Part shown: piece by piece, positions 38,117 through 46,151 of the stretch
How the letters are laid out: every line of letters begins with the position of its first letter
Numbering within the stretch: the stretch's first letter is position 1
DNA from: a virus
Lineage: Duplodnaviria > Caudoviricetes
Length of the DNA stretch: 48,299 nt
IMG/VR virus record: IMGVR_UViG_3300033485_000024
Coordinates: 1 to 48,299 of that record
Strand: one strand, 5' to 3'
Notes under the pieces: model-generated
Told to the model about the DNA's origin: nothing
What the model saw: the letters and a program-made list of their open reading frames with translations, nothing else
Databases searched by the model: none
Translations under genes and position numbers: made by a program

Positions 38117-38554
38117 CTACAATTTCTTTATCCGGTAGTAAGTATTGAACCACCGTAGCACTTTATGCTCCAATGGCAGCCAATCCACATACGGGGAACG
38201 CCAGTGTCGCGCGTGCCAAATGCTCCAATGCGGGCTATCCATATCTGGGGCGGATGAGCAATCAATTTTAAGGCCGCCAGACATTACCGCGCCGCTTGAG
38301 TCTACTTCGCAAATTTCGGTAATATAAACCGGATAGCCACAAATGCGACAGACCGCAAAAGCGCGCGTCACATCTGGCAGTTTATCTTTTGACAAGTCGA
38401 GCCAGGTGAAAGACTGGTCGCGAGAAAGTTCGTCCATAACTGCCTCAATCGAGTTGGCGCACGCCTCACGCCAGCAGCCCCAACATAATGACTGACCAAC
38501 TTCACCGAAGGTCTGCTCCGATGTAATGGACTTACCGCAATATTCACAGTTCAT
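38117..38554 (-). CDS. Cys-rich zinc-binding hypothetical protein
   Basis: CEYC, CWGC, CRICG. Confidence 0.6.
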   Translation of the reverse strand: MNCEYCGKSITSEQTFGEVGQSLCWGCWREACANSIEAVMDELSRDQSFTWLDLSKDKLPDVTRAFAVCRICGYPVYITEICEVDSSGAVMSGGLKIDCSSAPDMDSPHWSIWHARHWRSPYVDWLPLEHKVLRWFNTYYRIKKL

Positions 38555-38555
38555 T

Positions 38556-38945
38556 TCATTCACCTGTTGCTTGCATTGCCGCATCAACGAGTCTGTTGAT
38601 GGTGGGTTGAAGGCCGCCATTTGCCTTCAACCACGCGCGCCGTTCATCGCCCAGGTGGAGTGACGTGTCGGGGGCGGTCCCGCGGGGCTTGCGGTTAGAC
38701 TTGCGTGGGCGGCGTGGCTTGCGGCGGGTGGGGGCGGTGAGCGCGTCCAGTTCGTCGGAGTCTGCGTTCCCCCCATAAGGCTTGCTGATTATCCGCCGCT
38801 TTACCAGCGTCAAGACCGCCAGATTGTAGTCATCCCCGACAGCCATCCATTGCGCACCGCTGAGGATGGCGATCTGCTCGTCTTTGGAGGTCGCCAGTTT
38901 TCTGACCTCTGCCTCGATTTCGCGGACTGTGGTTCTGATGTCCAT
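38556..38945 (-). CDS. Basic protein, possible DNA binder
   Basis: AGGAG RBS before MDIRTT; Arg/Lys-rich linker. Confidence 0.5.
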   Translation of the reverse strand: MDIRTTVREIEAEVRKLATSKDEQIAILSGAQWMAVGDDYNLAVLTLVKRRIISKPYGGNADSDELDALTAPTRRKPRRPRKSNRKPRGTAPDTSLHLGDERRAWLKANGGLQPTINRLVDAAMQATGE

Positions 38946-38958
38946 TCTGGTTTGGCTC

Positions 38959-39162
38959 CTATTCGGCGGGGCGGGTTTCGCCCTCAACATCGCCAGTTTG
39001 CCCACTAGCCCCGTCGCTTGCAACGGGTGTTGTGCGGGGCTTACATCCGTCCCACCCTGGTTTACACGAAGGTGAATTCACGCTCCATTTTCCACACACA
39101 GAACAATACCAACCGCCCCACGCACCCGCCAACCAATTTCCTATCCAATTATGTTTGTTCAC
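38959..39162 (-). CDS. Cassette-like small protein (CSVC motif)
   Basis: AAGGAGG RBS; C-terminus encoded by attC-like site 1. Confidence 0.6.
   Translation of the reverse strand: MNKHNWIGNWLAGAWGGWYCSVCGKWSVNSPSCKPGWDGCKPRTTPVASDGASGQTGDVEGETRPAE
38962..39035 (-). mobile_element. attC-like site 1 (R' missing)
   Basis: GCACAAC-ACCC-GTTGCAAGCG...GAAACCCGCCCCGCCGAA on the minus strand. Confidence 0.6.
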
Positions 39163-39178
39163 GAACGCCTCCTTTTCT

Positions 39179-39266
39179 GCCTAACCGTCGTGTTCAGCGG
39201 GGCGGGTTTCACCGTCGCCATCACCAGAAGTCTCCGAAGCCGCCTCCGCTGCAACGGGTGTTAGGC
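39179..39266 (-). mobile_element. attC-like site 2 (complete)
   Basis: R'' GCCTAAC, L'' GTTGCAGC, L' GCTGAAC, 6-nt spacer, R' GTTAGGC; two extrahelical bases at the canonical positions. Confidence 0.8.
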
Positions 39267-39408
39267 GGTGCGCCGACAAATAACATTCTCTGTGCCACGC
39301 GATTTCTACCAACTCGTCGCGCAGTGGCGCAAACGTAAAAACCAAGTCAACCAGCGCCGTGAAGCTATACGGTTTACCGCAAACAATATAAATTGTATTG
39401 TGTGACAT
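39181..39408 (-). CDS. Cassette-like small protein
   Basis: GAGGAGG RBS; its stop TAG lies in R' (GT-TAG-GC). Confidence 0.6.
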   Translation of the reverse strand: MSHNTIYIVCGKPYSFTALVDLVFTFAPLRDELVEIAWHRECYLSAHRLTPVAAEAASETSGDGDGETRPAEHDG

Positions 39409-39429
39409 ACTTCCTCCTCGATTTTATCC

Positions 39430-39515
39430 GCCTAACCGTCAACGTTCAGGCGCTGCGCGGGTTTCGCCATCGCCAGTTTGCGCGCCCGCCCCGTCGCCGG
39501 CAACGGGTGTTGTGC
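39430..39515 (-). mobile_element. attC-like site 3 (complete)
   Basis: GCACAAC-ACCC-GTTGCCGGCG...CGCCTGAAC-GTTGACG-GTTAGGC. Confidence 0.7.
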
Positions 39516-39657
39516 GGAAAATGCGCAGAGCGGTTATAATGTCGCGCGCCAGCAGTTCCGCCTCATCTGCGTCGAATGTATACAGCGTTGCGCCTATGGA
39601 GATCTGTACTTTCTCAGCGCCGTGACGGTTTCTATAAACTCGTTCTACTATTATCAT
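39439..39657 (-). CDS. Cassette-like small protein
   Basis: C-terminus RTTPVAGDG..GETRAAPER encoded by site 3. Confidence 0.6.
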   Translation of the reverse strand: MIIVERVYRNRHGAEKVQISIGATLYTFDADEAELLARDIITALRIFRTTPVAGDGAGAQTGDGETRAAPER

Positions 39658-39856
39658 CGTTTTTCACCCAACCGTCGTGTTCGGCGGGGCGGGTTTCGTC
39701 CTCGCCATCGCTGCCAGTTTCCTCTACCCAGTCAACTTGGGCTAGGTTGACCGCCGTGCCGTTTTCCCGCCGTCGCACGTATCTGAAATGCGGCGGGACT
39801 GTCCCGGTATCGGTGACGGGGATGATTGGAAGCCACCCCCAATTGTAGAGCGTCAT
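39632..39856 (-). CDS. Small protein ending through half-site 4
   Basis: ATGA coupling; GEDETRPAEHDG tail. Confidence 0.5.
   Translation of the reverse strand: MTLYNWGWLPIIPVTDTGTVPPHFRYVRRRENGTAVNLAQVDWVEETGSDGEDETRPAEHDGWVKNDDNSRTSL
39666..39720 (-). mobile_element. attC-like site 4 (right half only)
   Basis: GAAACCCGCCCCGCCGAAC-ACGACG-GTTGGGT (GTTRRRY). Confidence 0.6.
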
Positions 39857-40077
39857 TGCTGTAATGCCGCCCACATATCCAGCTCGTAGCCGCGCCGCTC
39901 CCGGTAGGCGGCTGCGGTGTCGTCTTCCGGTTCATCGTCATCATCCAGATCGCTAATTACCTGAAAGTCTATCACCGGGAAATGGCAGACAAGCGACATC
40001 GCCTCAAGCTCGCGGACGGCATCGGCGAGCAGTTTGCTCTTGGGGATTTCAAGCGAAAAACTAACTTCGAGAATCAT
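39853..40077 (-). CDS. Acidic hypothetical protein (MILEVSF...)
   Basis: AAGGAG RBS. Confidence 0.5.
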   Translation of the reverse strand: MILEVSFSLEIPKSKLLADAVRELEAMSLVCHFPVIDFQVISDLDDDDEPEDDTAAAYRERRGYELDMWAALQQ

Positions 40078-40123
40078 CGCCTTGCTCCTTGCGCGTTTTC
40101 GGTATGCGCGCCCCACCGGTGAA

Positions 40124-41134
40124 CTAAACCGCCAGGGCTTCTTGCGCGCCATGCGCGTTCTCTGCCAGCCGCCGCGCCACATCGGCGCGCCACAACGTTG
40201 CCATTTCCTCAGCGGTCTTTGGGGAGTGCTCACGCTTGAGTTTTTCATAAGCATTTTCGGCGTGAATAAACACCCTGAACGCGCCTTGCTCGAATCCCCA
40301 TTGAATAGCAGCGGCAGGGGACAGGAAGGCGTTACTCACATTCTTCGCCGCGGCGGCTTCAATGTCGGCCATACCGCTTGGCGCGGCTTCCGGTTGCTTT
40401 TCGTCAAACTCAGCGGCCATCTTTTCGGCTACCTGCGCGCTGTCCTGAGCTACAGGCGCGGCGTTTCCAGATGCGGCGGCCTGAATGATTTCGGAAAGAG
40501 AAGAGAATGATGGGTTGACAATGCGCTTGCCCTGCAACTTTCCAGAGCGGTCTTTTTCGACAATCCCCACCCGCTGCCCATCTTTGCCAATTTCGATCTT
40601 GATGATTACATCGAAAAGGTATTCCGTGCTTTTTTCGGCGTCCACCCGCTCGCCAACCTTGACAACCTCAGTGCCGCGTGATTCGTTAATGTCCTTGATG
40701 CGCCCACAGACTACCACGTGAGTCGGCATATTCACGAGGCGGGTATACAGCGCGTTGACTTTGCGCTTGATGATACCCCAATCACGGGGGGTCAAGGTTG
40801 CCTCATCTGCGCTGCGCTTTTGGCGGATAGCGCGTTTCTCGGCGGCCATCTGCCCGGCTTCCATCGTCACCTGCCATAGAACTGTGATCGGGTCAACTAC
40901 CACCGTATCATACTGCTTAGGTGTGATGGATTCGACCGCCTTCAATACCTCGTCAATGTCCTTAGTCCGCAGGACATCGAAGTCAAAACGCCCGCCGAAC
41001 ATTTCAGTCCCACCCTCAGCGTCAATGACTGCCGGTCTTGGGAATGTTAGCGCAAAGTGCGTTTTACCTGCGCCCGATTGCCCGTAAACTAAAACCTTGA
41101 GCTTCTTGTTGATTCCAGTTGCCTTTGTGAACAT
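40124..41134 (-). CDS. AAA_24-type ATPase (Sak4-like recombination protein)
   Basis: VLVYGQSGAGKT, IDAEGG, TVVVD, DWG, YLFD, KDR. Confidence 0.85.
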   Translation of the reverse strand: MFTKATGINKKLKVLVYGQSGAGKTHFALTFPRPAVIDAEGGTEMFGGRFDFDVLRTKDIDEVLKAVESITPKQYDTVVVDPITVLWQVTMEAGQMAAEKRAIRQKRSADEATLTPRDWGIIKRKVNALYTRLVNMPTHVVVCGRIKDINESRGTEVVKVGERVDAEKSTEYLFDVIIKIEIGKDGQRVGIVEKDRSGKLQGKRIVNPSFSSLSEIIQAAASGNAAPVAQDSAQVAEKMAAEFDEKQPEAAPSGMADIEAAAAKNVSNAFLSPAAAIQWGFEQGAFRVFIHAENAYEKLKREHSPKTAEEMATLWRADVARRLAENAHGAQEALAV

Positions 41135-41203
41135 TGCTATTCCTTCCTCCTCGCCCGGAGTCCGCCCCCTCCGGGGATAGTTGGCGCGGGGCGGCGCGGT
41201 TGC

Positions 41204-41404
41204 TTACTGCGTAAAGTGAACCGTTACCTCGTCGTAATTCTCGCGTTTCACGCCGTCAAAATACCAGCGGTCGGCCTCTCCTAAGCGCAGCAGTTCGTTC
41301 TCGGCGGCGCGCCGTGCGTCGGCGTCTGACAGGTCTAGGTACTCTTCAAGACAAATAATGGTTATGTCTCTGGTGATTACATCGTTCTTAATTTGCGTTT
41401 TCAT
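41204..41404 (-). CDS. Hypothetical protein
   Basis: GAGGTG RBS. Confidence 0.55.
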   Translation of the reverse strand: MKTQIKNDVITRDITIICLEEYLDLSDADARRAAENELLRLGEADRWYFDGVKRENYDEVTVHFTQ

Positions 41405-41413
41405 TGCGTCACC

Positions 41414-41815
41414 TCACTGATGTCGTTGCACCCACGTCCCAACCTTGCAGGACGTGAAGTCGTAGCTTGTCGGCTCAAACGCCGGTAAGATGCGCTCGTA
41501 ATGCTCCGTCTTGAAGGCCGCTGCCCCTACCGGATGCGCCGCCGATTGCGGCAGAATGGCGGCGGTGAAGTCCGCGCAGTCTACGCCGCAATCAGCGCAA
41601 ATGTCCACAATACACGCGCCATCGTCAAAGTCTTCCTGGCTTGCTACAGCGCCTTCTACAAACAACTCCGGGTGCGCATCTTCCCACTTGTGGAGAATCG
41701 TCTCGGCCATTTCGGCCAGCGTCATATTGCGGCGGCCTTGCGCTGCACATAGCGGGCAACCTGCGCCGCCGTTAGCCTCGTTGTCTTGCCGGTAAAGCGG
41801 ATCGTGTTTGCACAT
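41414..41815 (-). CDS. Cys-containing hypothetical protein
   Basis: GAGGAG RBS downstream of a promoter. Confidence 0.55.
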   Translation of the reverse strand: MCKHDPLYRQDNEANGGAGCPLCAAQGRRNMTLAEMAETILHKWEDAHPELFVEGAVASQEDFDDGACIVDICADCGVDCADFTAAILPQSAAHPVGAAAFKTEHYERILPAFEPTSYDFTSCKVGTWVQRHQ

Positions 41816-41853
41816 TGCGTCGTCTCCTCTGAATATTCCTAAACTCTATAATC

Positions 41854-41881
41854 ATTATATACCAAATCGCTATATAGTCAA
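41854..41881 (-). promoter_or_regulatory. Sigma70-type promoter
   Basis: TTGACT-N16-TATAAT; downstream sequence nearly identical to the 2796 promoter. Confidence 0.72.
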
Positions 41882-41901
41882 TATGACAAACGTTACTATT
41901 T

Positions 41902-42204
41902 TCATCCATCGCACTCGCGGAACATCCCCAGTTCTTCCCGGTAGACATAGCGTCCCCAATCGTGCGGCGGCGACAGGCGGAATGCGCGCCCCGGTTGCGG
42001 CGTGAAGGTTAGTGTGGTACGCCCTGCGGCGGTAACAGCTACAGTCGGCGCGCCATACTCGGCTTCCCACCAGGCACGCAAGCGGGGAAAGTGGGCGGCG
42101 GTGATGGAACGCGCCGGGTCGGTGCGTTGGTGGGCGTGGCGATATTTAACGACGCCGGGCAACAGCGGCGACGGCCAGAACTCGATAGCCCAACGGCGGG
42201 TCAT
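41902..42204 (-). CDS. Hypothetical protein
   Basis: ATGA coupling with the methylase. Confidence 0.5.
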   Translation of the reverse strand: MTRRWAIEFWPSPLLPGVVKYRHAHQRTDPARSITAAHFPRLRAWWEAEYGAPTVAVTAAGRTTLTFTPQPGRAFRLSPPHDWGRYVYREELGMFRECDG

Positions 42205-43265
42205 TCCTGCGCCTCCGGGAATAGCGCGGCCTGCGCTGGGGTGGCGTCAACGCACCCCGGCGAAAGCCATAATGTTTCCTGAGTGCGGTTGTGATTGTTG
42301 GCGCTGTTGCCGTTGCCGTTTGTCCCGTAAGCGCGGCGGGCCGTGTAGCGGATTTGTCGCCAACCGGGGAGGGTGTGCTCATCAGCATACCCGGCTAAGA
42401 CGATGCGATACCGGGGATTGTCGCCATTTGCCAGCGCCCACTCGCGGACGGCGGCGCTGACGTGGCCGTGCTCCTTGTCGCTGGCGTATAATGTCCCGTC
42501 GCGGAGGTCGGTATTGTAGGGCGGATCGAGGAATATGCCGACGGTGTTGCCGTAAGACAATGCGCCGGGCGTCACGACGCGCTGCCAGTCGCCACAACAG
42601 ACACGGACATAACGCAGACGCGCGGCGAGGGTGTCAAGGTAGGCCAGGATTTCGGCCTCGCCTGTGTTCACGCCCATCCCGGCGTCGCCCAGGTGGATGA
42701 GCTGCCGGTTCACGCCCATCCCGGCGTCGCCCAGGTGGATGAGCTGCCGGTTCACGCCCCGCCCGGCGTCGCCCAGGTGGATGCGCTTTTTACTGACTCC
42801 GCCGCGCCCGATGCGGGTTAGTTTCCCGTCAACCGCACCCCACGGCCCGTCGCCGGTACACCACCCGCTGCCAATCCAGCAATTAATACCCCACACCCAC
42901 CACCCGGCCACTTGCGCGTCGTAATAGTCCGGGTCGCCCAGAGTGCGGGCGATGCGCTCGCGCCCGGTGTTCACCAGCCAGATGTGGCGCGCCGTGAGGT
43001 CGGCTTCATTCACGGGATTGTTGGCGTAATGGGCGACGGCTTGCGGATCGTGTTGCAGTGCCCGCCAAAAGTTGACGATGTAATGATCCAGGTCATTGAC
43101 GGTTTCTGTGCGCGGCGCAGTCGGTCGGCCTAGCAGCACGGCCAGCGAACCGGCGAAAGGCTCAACGTAATTTTCCACGTCGCCCAGGGATTGCCAGACT
43201 TCGGGGGAGCATAATGACTTGCCGCCGAACCAAACAAAAGGGGCTTTTAGTGTGGTTTCGGTCAT
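42201..43265 (-). CDS. Dam-like (D12 class) DNA adenine methyltransferase
   Basis: PFVWFGGKS, YVEPFAGS, VNDLD, FLDPPY. Confidence 0.9.
   Translation of the reverse strand: MTETTLKAPFVWFGGKSLCSPEVWQSLGDVENYVEPFAGSLAVLLGRPTAPRTETVNDLDHYIVNFWRALQHDPQAVAHYANNPVNEADLTARHIWLVNTGRERIARTLGDPDYYDAQVAGWWVWGINCWIGSGWCTGDGPWGAVDGKLTRIGRGGVSKKRIHLGDAGRGVNRQLIHLGDAGMGVNRQLIHLGDAGMGVNTGEAEILAYLDTLAARLRYVRVCCGDWQRVVTPGALSYGNTVGIFLDPPYNTDLRDGTLYASDKEHGHVSAAVREWALANGDNPRYRIVLAGYADEHTLPGWRQIRYTARRAYGTNGNGNSANNHNRTQETLWLSPGCVDATPAQAALFPEAQE
42666..42783. repeat. 42-bp tandem repeat x2.8 inside the methylase
   Basis: Units start at 42666, 42708 and 42750; encode GVNRQLIHLGDAGM. Confidence 0.92.
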
Positions 43266-43516
43266 TCCTCAACCTCGGCAATGTAGCCGACGATGGAAAT
43301 TTCCAAGCCGTCGCCATAACCATAAGGCGCATCCTCGGCGTGAATCACCCTGACCTGGCGCGCGGTTTCGACAATGTATTTCTTGCCGAACTCGAATTTA
43401 TCATAGATGGCGTTGACTACCGCTCTTTTTAAGGCGTCCTCGGCATACTCGCGATAGCCAGGCGTGACATCGTTGGGGATAAATTCCCGCGCCGTGAAAT
43501 GCTGTTTGACGATCAT
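43262..43516 (-). CDS. Hypothetical protein
   Basis: GGAGGG RBS, ATGA coupling. Confidence 0.55.
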   Translation of the reverse strand: MIVKQHFTAREFIPNDVTPGYREYAEDALKRAVVNAIYDKFEFGKKYIVETARQVRVIHAEDAPYGYGDGLEISIVGYIAEVEE

Positions 43517-43779
43517 TGCTCTCCCTCCATTTCTCCCCGCGTCTCCCACCACTCTGCCGGCGACGGCTGCGCCGGGCGGGGGAGCGGCTCTGAATGTTCC
43601 GGGAGGCCATAACTGCGCGGCGTCGGCGCGGGCAACCGCGCCAACATTGCCCGCGCGCGCTGCCCCAGGTCGTCACCATCCACCGGGTGCATATCCACCA
43701 CGCGCGCCAACAGGTTGCGCAGGTCGGCGTACTCCGCGGCGTCCAACTGAATGCCATTGAAGGTGGTTAAGATGCTCAT
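43513..43779 (-). CDS. Hypothetical protein
   Basis: AAGGAG RBS. Confidence 0.55.
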   Translation of the reverse strand: MSILTTFNGIQLDAAEYADLRNLLARVVDMHPVDGDDLGQRARAMLARLPAPTPRSYGLPEHSEPLPRPAQPSPAEWWETRGEMEGEQ

Positions 43780-43927
43780 TTTTTGCTCCTTTCACGTACA
43801 ACCTTGTGAGTATACTGCCGCCGCCATTCCTGCTTGCGCCGGGCGGCATAACTGATGGCGCGCGCCAGCCGCGCAATGTCGGCATAAGTAGGATAGCAGG
43901 ACACAATGATGAAACAGACCGGAGCGC

Positions 43928-44407
43928 TCATTCTACACCATCCAGCTTATGCACGCCGTCGCCGTCTACGTACAGCCGCGCGCCGGTGCGGTCGTGCTCC
44001 AACACCATCCCCGGCACTAGCCATTCATACCACTCAGTGACTTGCCCCACCTGGCGGCGCAAGTCCGACACGCCGAACCGCGCGGCGCTGGTAAAGCGCT
44101 CTTCCGGGTCGTGTACCACCATCCAATGCCGGGCGGTGTGCCGCGCAACGGTCGCGGCGCACTGGCGATGAACGCGCCGCTTTTCTACCGGGTCGGCGGC
44201 GTGTTGGCGCAAGGCGGCGCAGGTGCTTTCCAGGTCGGCGGTCAGCGTCCATACGGGGCGCTTCCCGCGTTTTACGACGTGCGCCAGCCCCAGGGAAGAT
44301 AGATATTTTTGGATGGCCTGGTAACTGCCGGTGTGTTGACGGAGGGTGTCTTGGGTTAGCGCGCCGCCGGTAGCTTGGAGGATGGGGATAATGTCGGCAG
44401 CGGTCAT
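43928..44407 (-). CDS. Hypothetical protein, possible N-terminal winged HTH
   Basis: ATGA coupling; helix-helix-strand pattern. Confidence 0.5.
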   Translation of the reverse strand: MTAADIIPILQATGGALTQDTLRQHTGSYQAIQKYLSSLGLAHVVKRGKRPVWTLTADLESTCAALRQHAADPVEKRRVHRQCAATVARHTARHWMVVHDPEERFTSAARFGVSDLRRQVGQVTEWYEWLVPGMVLEHDRTGARLYVDGDGVHKLDGVE

Positions 44408-44853
44408 TGGCGCGCCGCCGTGGCTTCTGTGACTGCCCCCGCCACCATCTGGACGCAGCCGTAAGGATCGCGCTTCAACATCCCCGGCGTGAAGCGGAAC
44501 ACCCGCCAGCCCAGGGCGGCGGCGGCGTTGAGTTTTTCATAGTCGGCGTCCAGAGTGTGCCGTCCCACCACCACGCACTGATGGAGCTTGGACGACCACT
44601 TTGCCATCCGGTTGCCACCATCCACCTCGACGGCGACCAGCGCTTCCACGATGCACCAATCAAAGCGCCAATGGCGTCCAACCTCGCGCGCAAACTGATA
44701 CTCCCCACCGTTCTCTGAGTGGCGCGGTTGTAAGCCGCGCAGGTCGGGCGGACACATATTCCGCCAGTAGTCTATCCACAAGGATGATTTGTCGACGGCA
44801 GTGGCGCGGGGGAATAGCTCGTCGAGTTGTTCCTGTCCGGTTTTAGCTGGCAT
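44404..44853 (-). CDS. PD-(D/E)xK endonuclease (Vsr/DUF559-like)
   Basis: EYQF..RHWRFD..VAVEVDGG..D.EK.NAA..GWRVFRFT. Confidence 0.82.
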   Translation of the reverse strand: MPAKTGQEQLDELFPRATAVDKSSLWIDYWRNMCPPDLRGLQPRHSENGGEYQFAREVGRHWRFDWCIVEALVAVEVDGGNRMAKWSSKLHQCVVVGRHTLDADYEKLNAAAALGWRVFRFTPGMLKRDPYGCVQMVAGAVTEATAARQ

Positions 44854-45031
44854 TGTTAGCCTCCGCATCCATCACGCCCAGGGCGTCAATTACAGCCTCG
44901 TCCAGAGTCAGGCCGCGCCCGGTATAAATGGCGTCATCGCCGCGCAGACTGACGGCGGCGACAAATGCGCCGGCTTGAATGTCGAATTGCACGGCCAGAC
45001 CGCTGGCCAGGGCGGTTTGATAGATGGTCAT
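44843..45031 (-). CDS. Hypothetical protein
   Basis: GGAGG RBS, ATGA coupling. Confidence 0.5.
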   Translation of the reverse strand: MTIYQTALASGLAVQFDIQAGAFVAAVSLRGDDAIYTGRGLTLDEAVIDALGVMDAEANNAS

Positions 45032-45918
45032 AGTCCTCCTTTGGCATTAAGGCCGCTCGAAATAGTTCTCAGGGCTTCATACTCAGGCAGGCCCGCCGCG
45101 AGTGCCGCTTGCAGTAAGACGGTTTCGGCGGTCGCCCGGTCTACAATGCCATTCTCAACTGCGAAATGCAGAATGTAAGCGGCGCGGTTTAATGCGATGT
45201 TCCGTTTATGGATGGGAGCTTGCGCCACGAGCGCCGCTTGCCGGTCAAGAATGGTCGAGTCCGTGGCTACAGGGGCGGGGCGGGGCGTGCGTGGTTTCTC
45301 GGCGGGCAGCACGCCGGTAAGTTGGTGCAAGGAATAGGTGACATTCAGAATCCGCTCGAAGTGCACTAGGGGATGGGGATCGCCATATTCGGCCTTGCAG
45401 TTGTAAGTGCCAGGAACGCGCAACACGCGCGCCAGGTCTTTTGCGCCCGGATCGCCTCCGACATACGCCACCCAACGCGCTTGTAGCCTCCGGGCATACT
45501 CGCGGGTTTCAACGTCACTCAGGACAAGCGGATTTTCCAATAGCCAGTAACAATGATACCCCCCGCCTGAGTCTATGACCACCGACGGGGACGGAATCAT
45601 CAGGCGCACGTTAGACAATGCTGTGTCCTTTCCGTCGCTTTGCGTCCCGTCAACCTCAGCAAACAGGCAATTGATGGCGGCGATGTAGGGGATTTGTGAA
45701 CGGACTGCTTCCGGAGGTTTGGGCTTGCCCTCGGCATTATGGGTAGGGATGGCTGTTGCCGGGTGAATCCCAAAGTACACGTCACGTTCGATGGCCTTGA
45801 AATGCTCCGGCACTTCGGAGACGGCGCGCCAGTAGGATACTTTCGGCGGTTTTACCCAGATAAAGCCCCACGCCCCGCCGCGCCAGAGGTAACGAATTAA
45901 GTCAGTTGCGGTTTCCAT
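45028..45918 (-). CDS. RepB-type (AEP superfamily) primase
   Basis: DVYFG, PSPSVVIDSGGGYHCYWLL, DPGAKDLARVLRVPGTYN, RNIALN. Confidence 0.85.
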   Translation of the reverse strand: METATDLIRYLWRGGAWGFIWVKPPKVSYWRAVSEVPEHFKAIERDVYFGIHPATAIPTHNAEGKPKPPEAVRSQIPYIAAINCLFAEVDGTQSDGKDTALSNVRLMIPSPSVVIDSGGGYHCYWLLENPLVLSDVETREYARRLQARWVAYVGGDPGAKDLARVLRVPGTYNCKAEYGDPHPLVHFERILNVTYSLHQLTGVLPAEKPRTPRPAPVATDSTILDRQAALVAQAPIHKRNIALNRAAYILHFAVENGIVDRATAETVLLQAALAAGLPEYEALRTISSGLNAKGGL

Positions 45919-45929
45919 TGTGTGCCTCC

Positions 45930-46145
45930 TAAAAATAACCAACCTCAACCATATAACCAACAAACCCACTGTTTTCTATATATACCAAAATACCATCCCC
46001 ATACTATTTCTTTAAATTCTATTTTTTTACTTTTAATTAAAGGAAAAGGTTGGTTGGTTGGTTAGTTGGTTATGGTTGTTTGGTTTCCTAGTAAAATACG
46101 GGTTTCTCCATAGTAATGTAAAATCTTACGAAAAATAACCATCCT
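45930..46145. other. Probable replication origin
   Basis: Very AT-rich core flanked by inverted clusters of AACC / GGTT repeats, between primase and helicase. Confidence 0.6.
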
Positions 46146-46151
46146 GGAGAT

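Noticed and set aside
38959-39720. Repeats as a CRISPR array or plain terminators
   Set aside because: The intervening segments are whole genes, the repeats are ~87 bp and degenerate, and they have attC cores rather than U-tracts.
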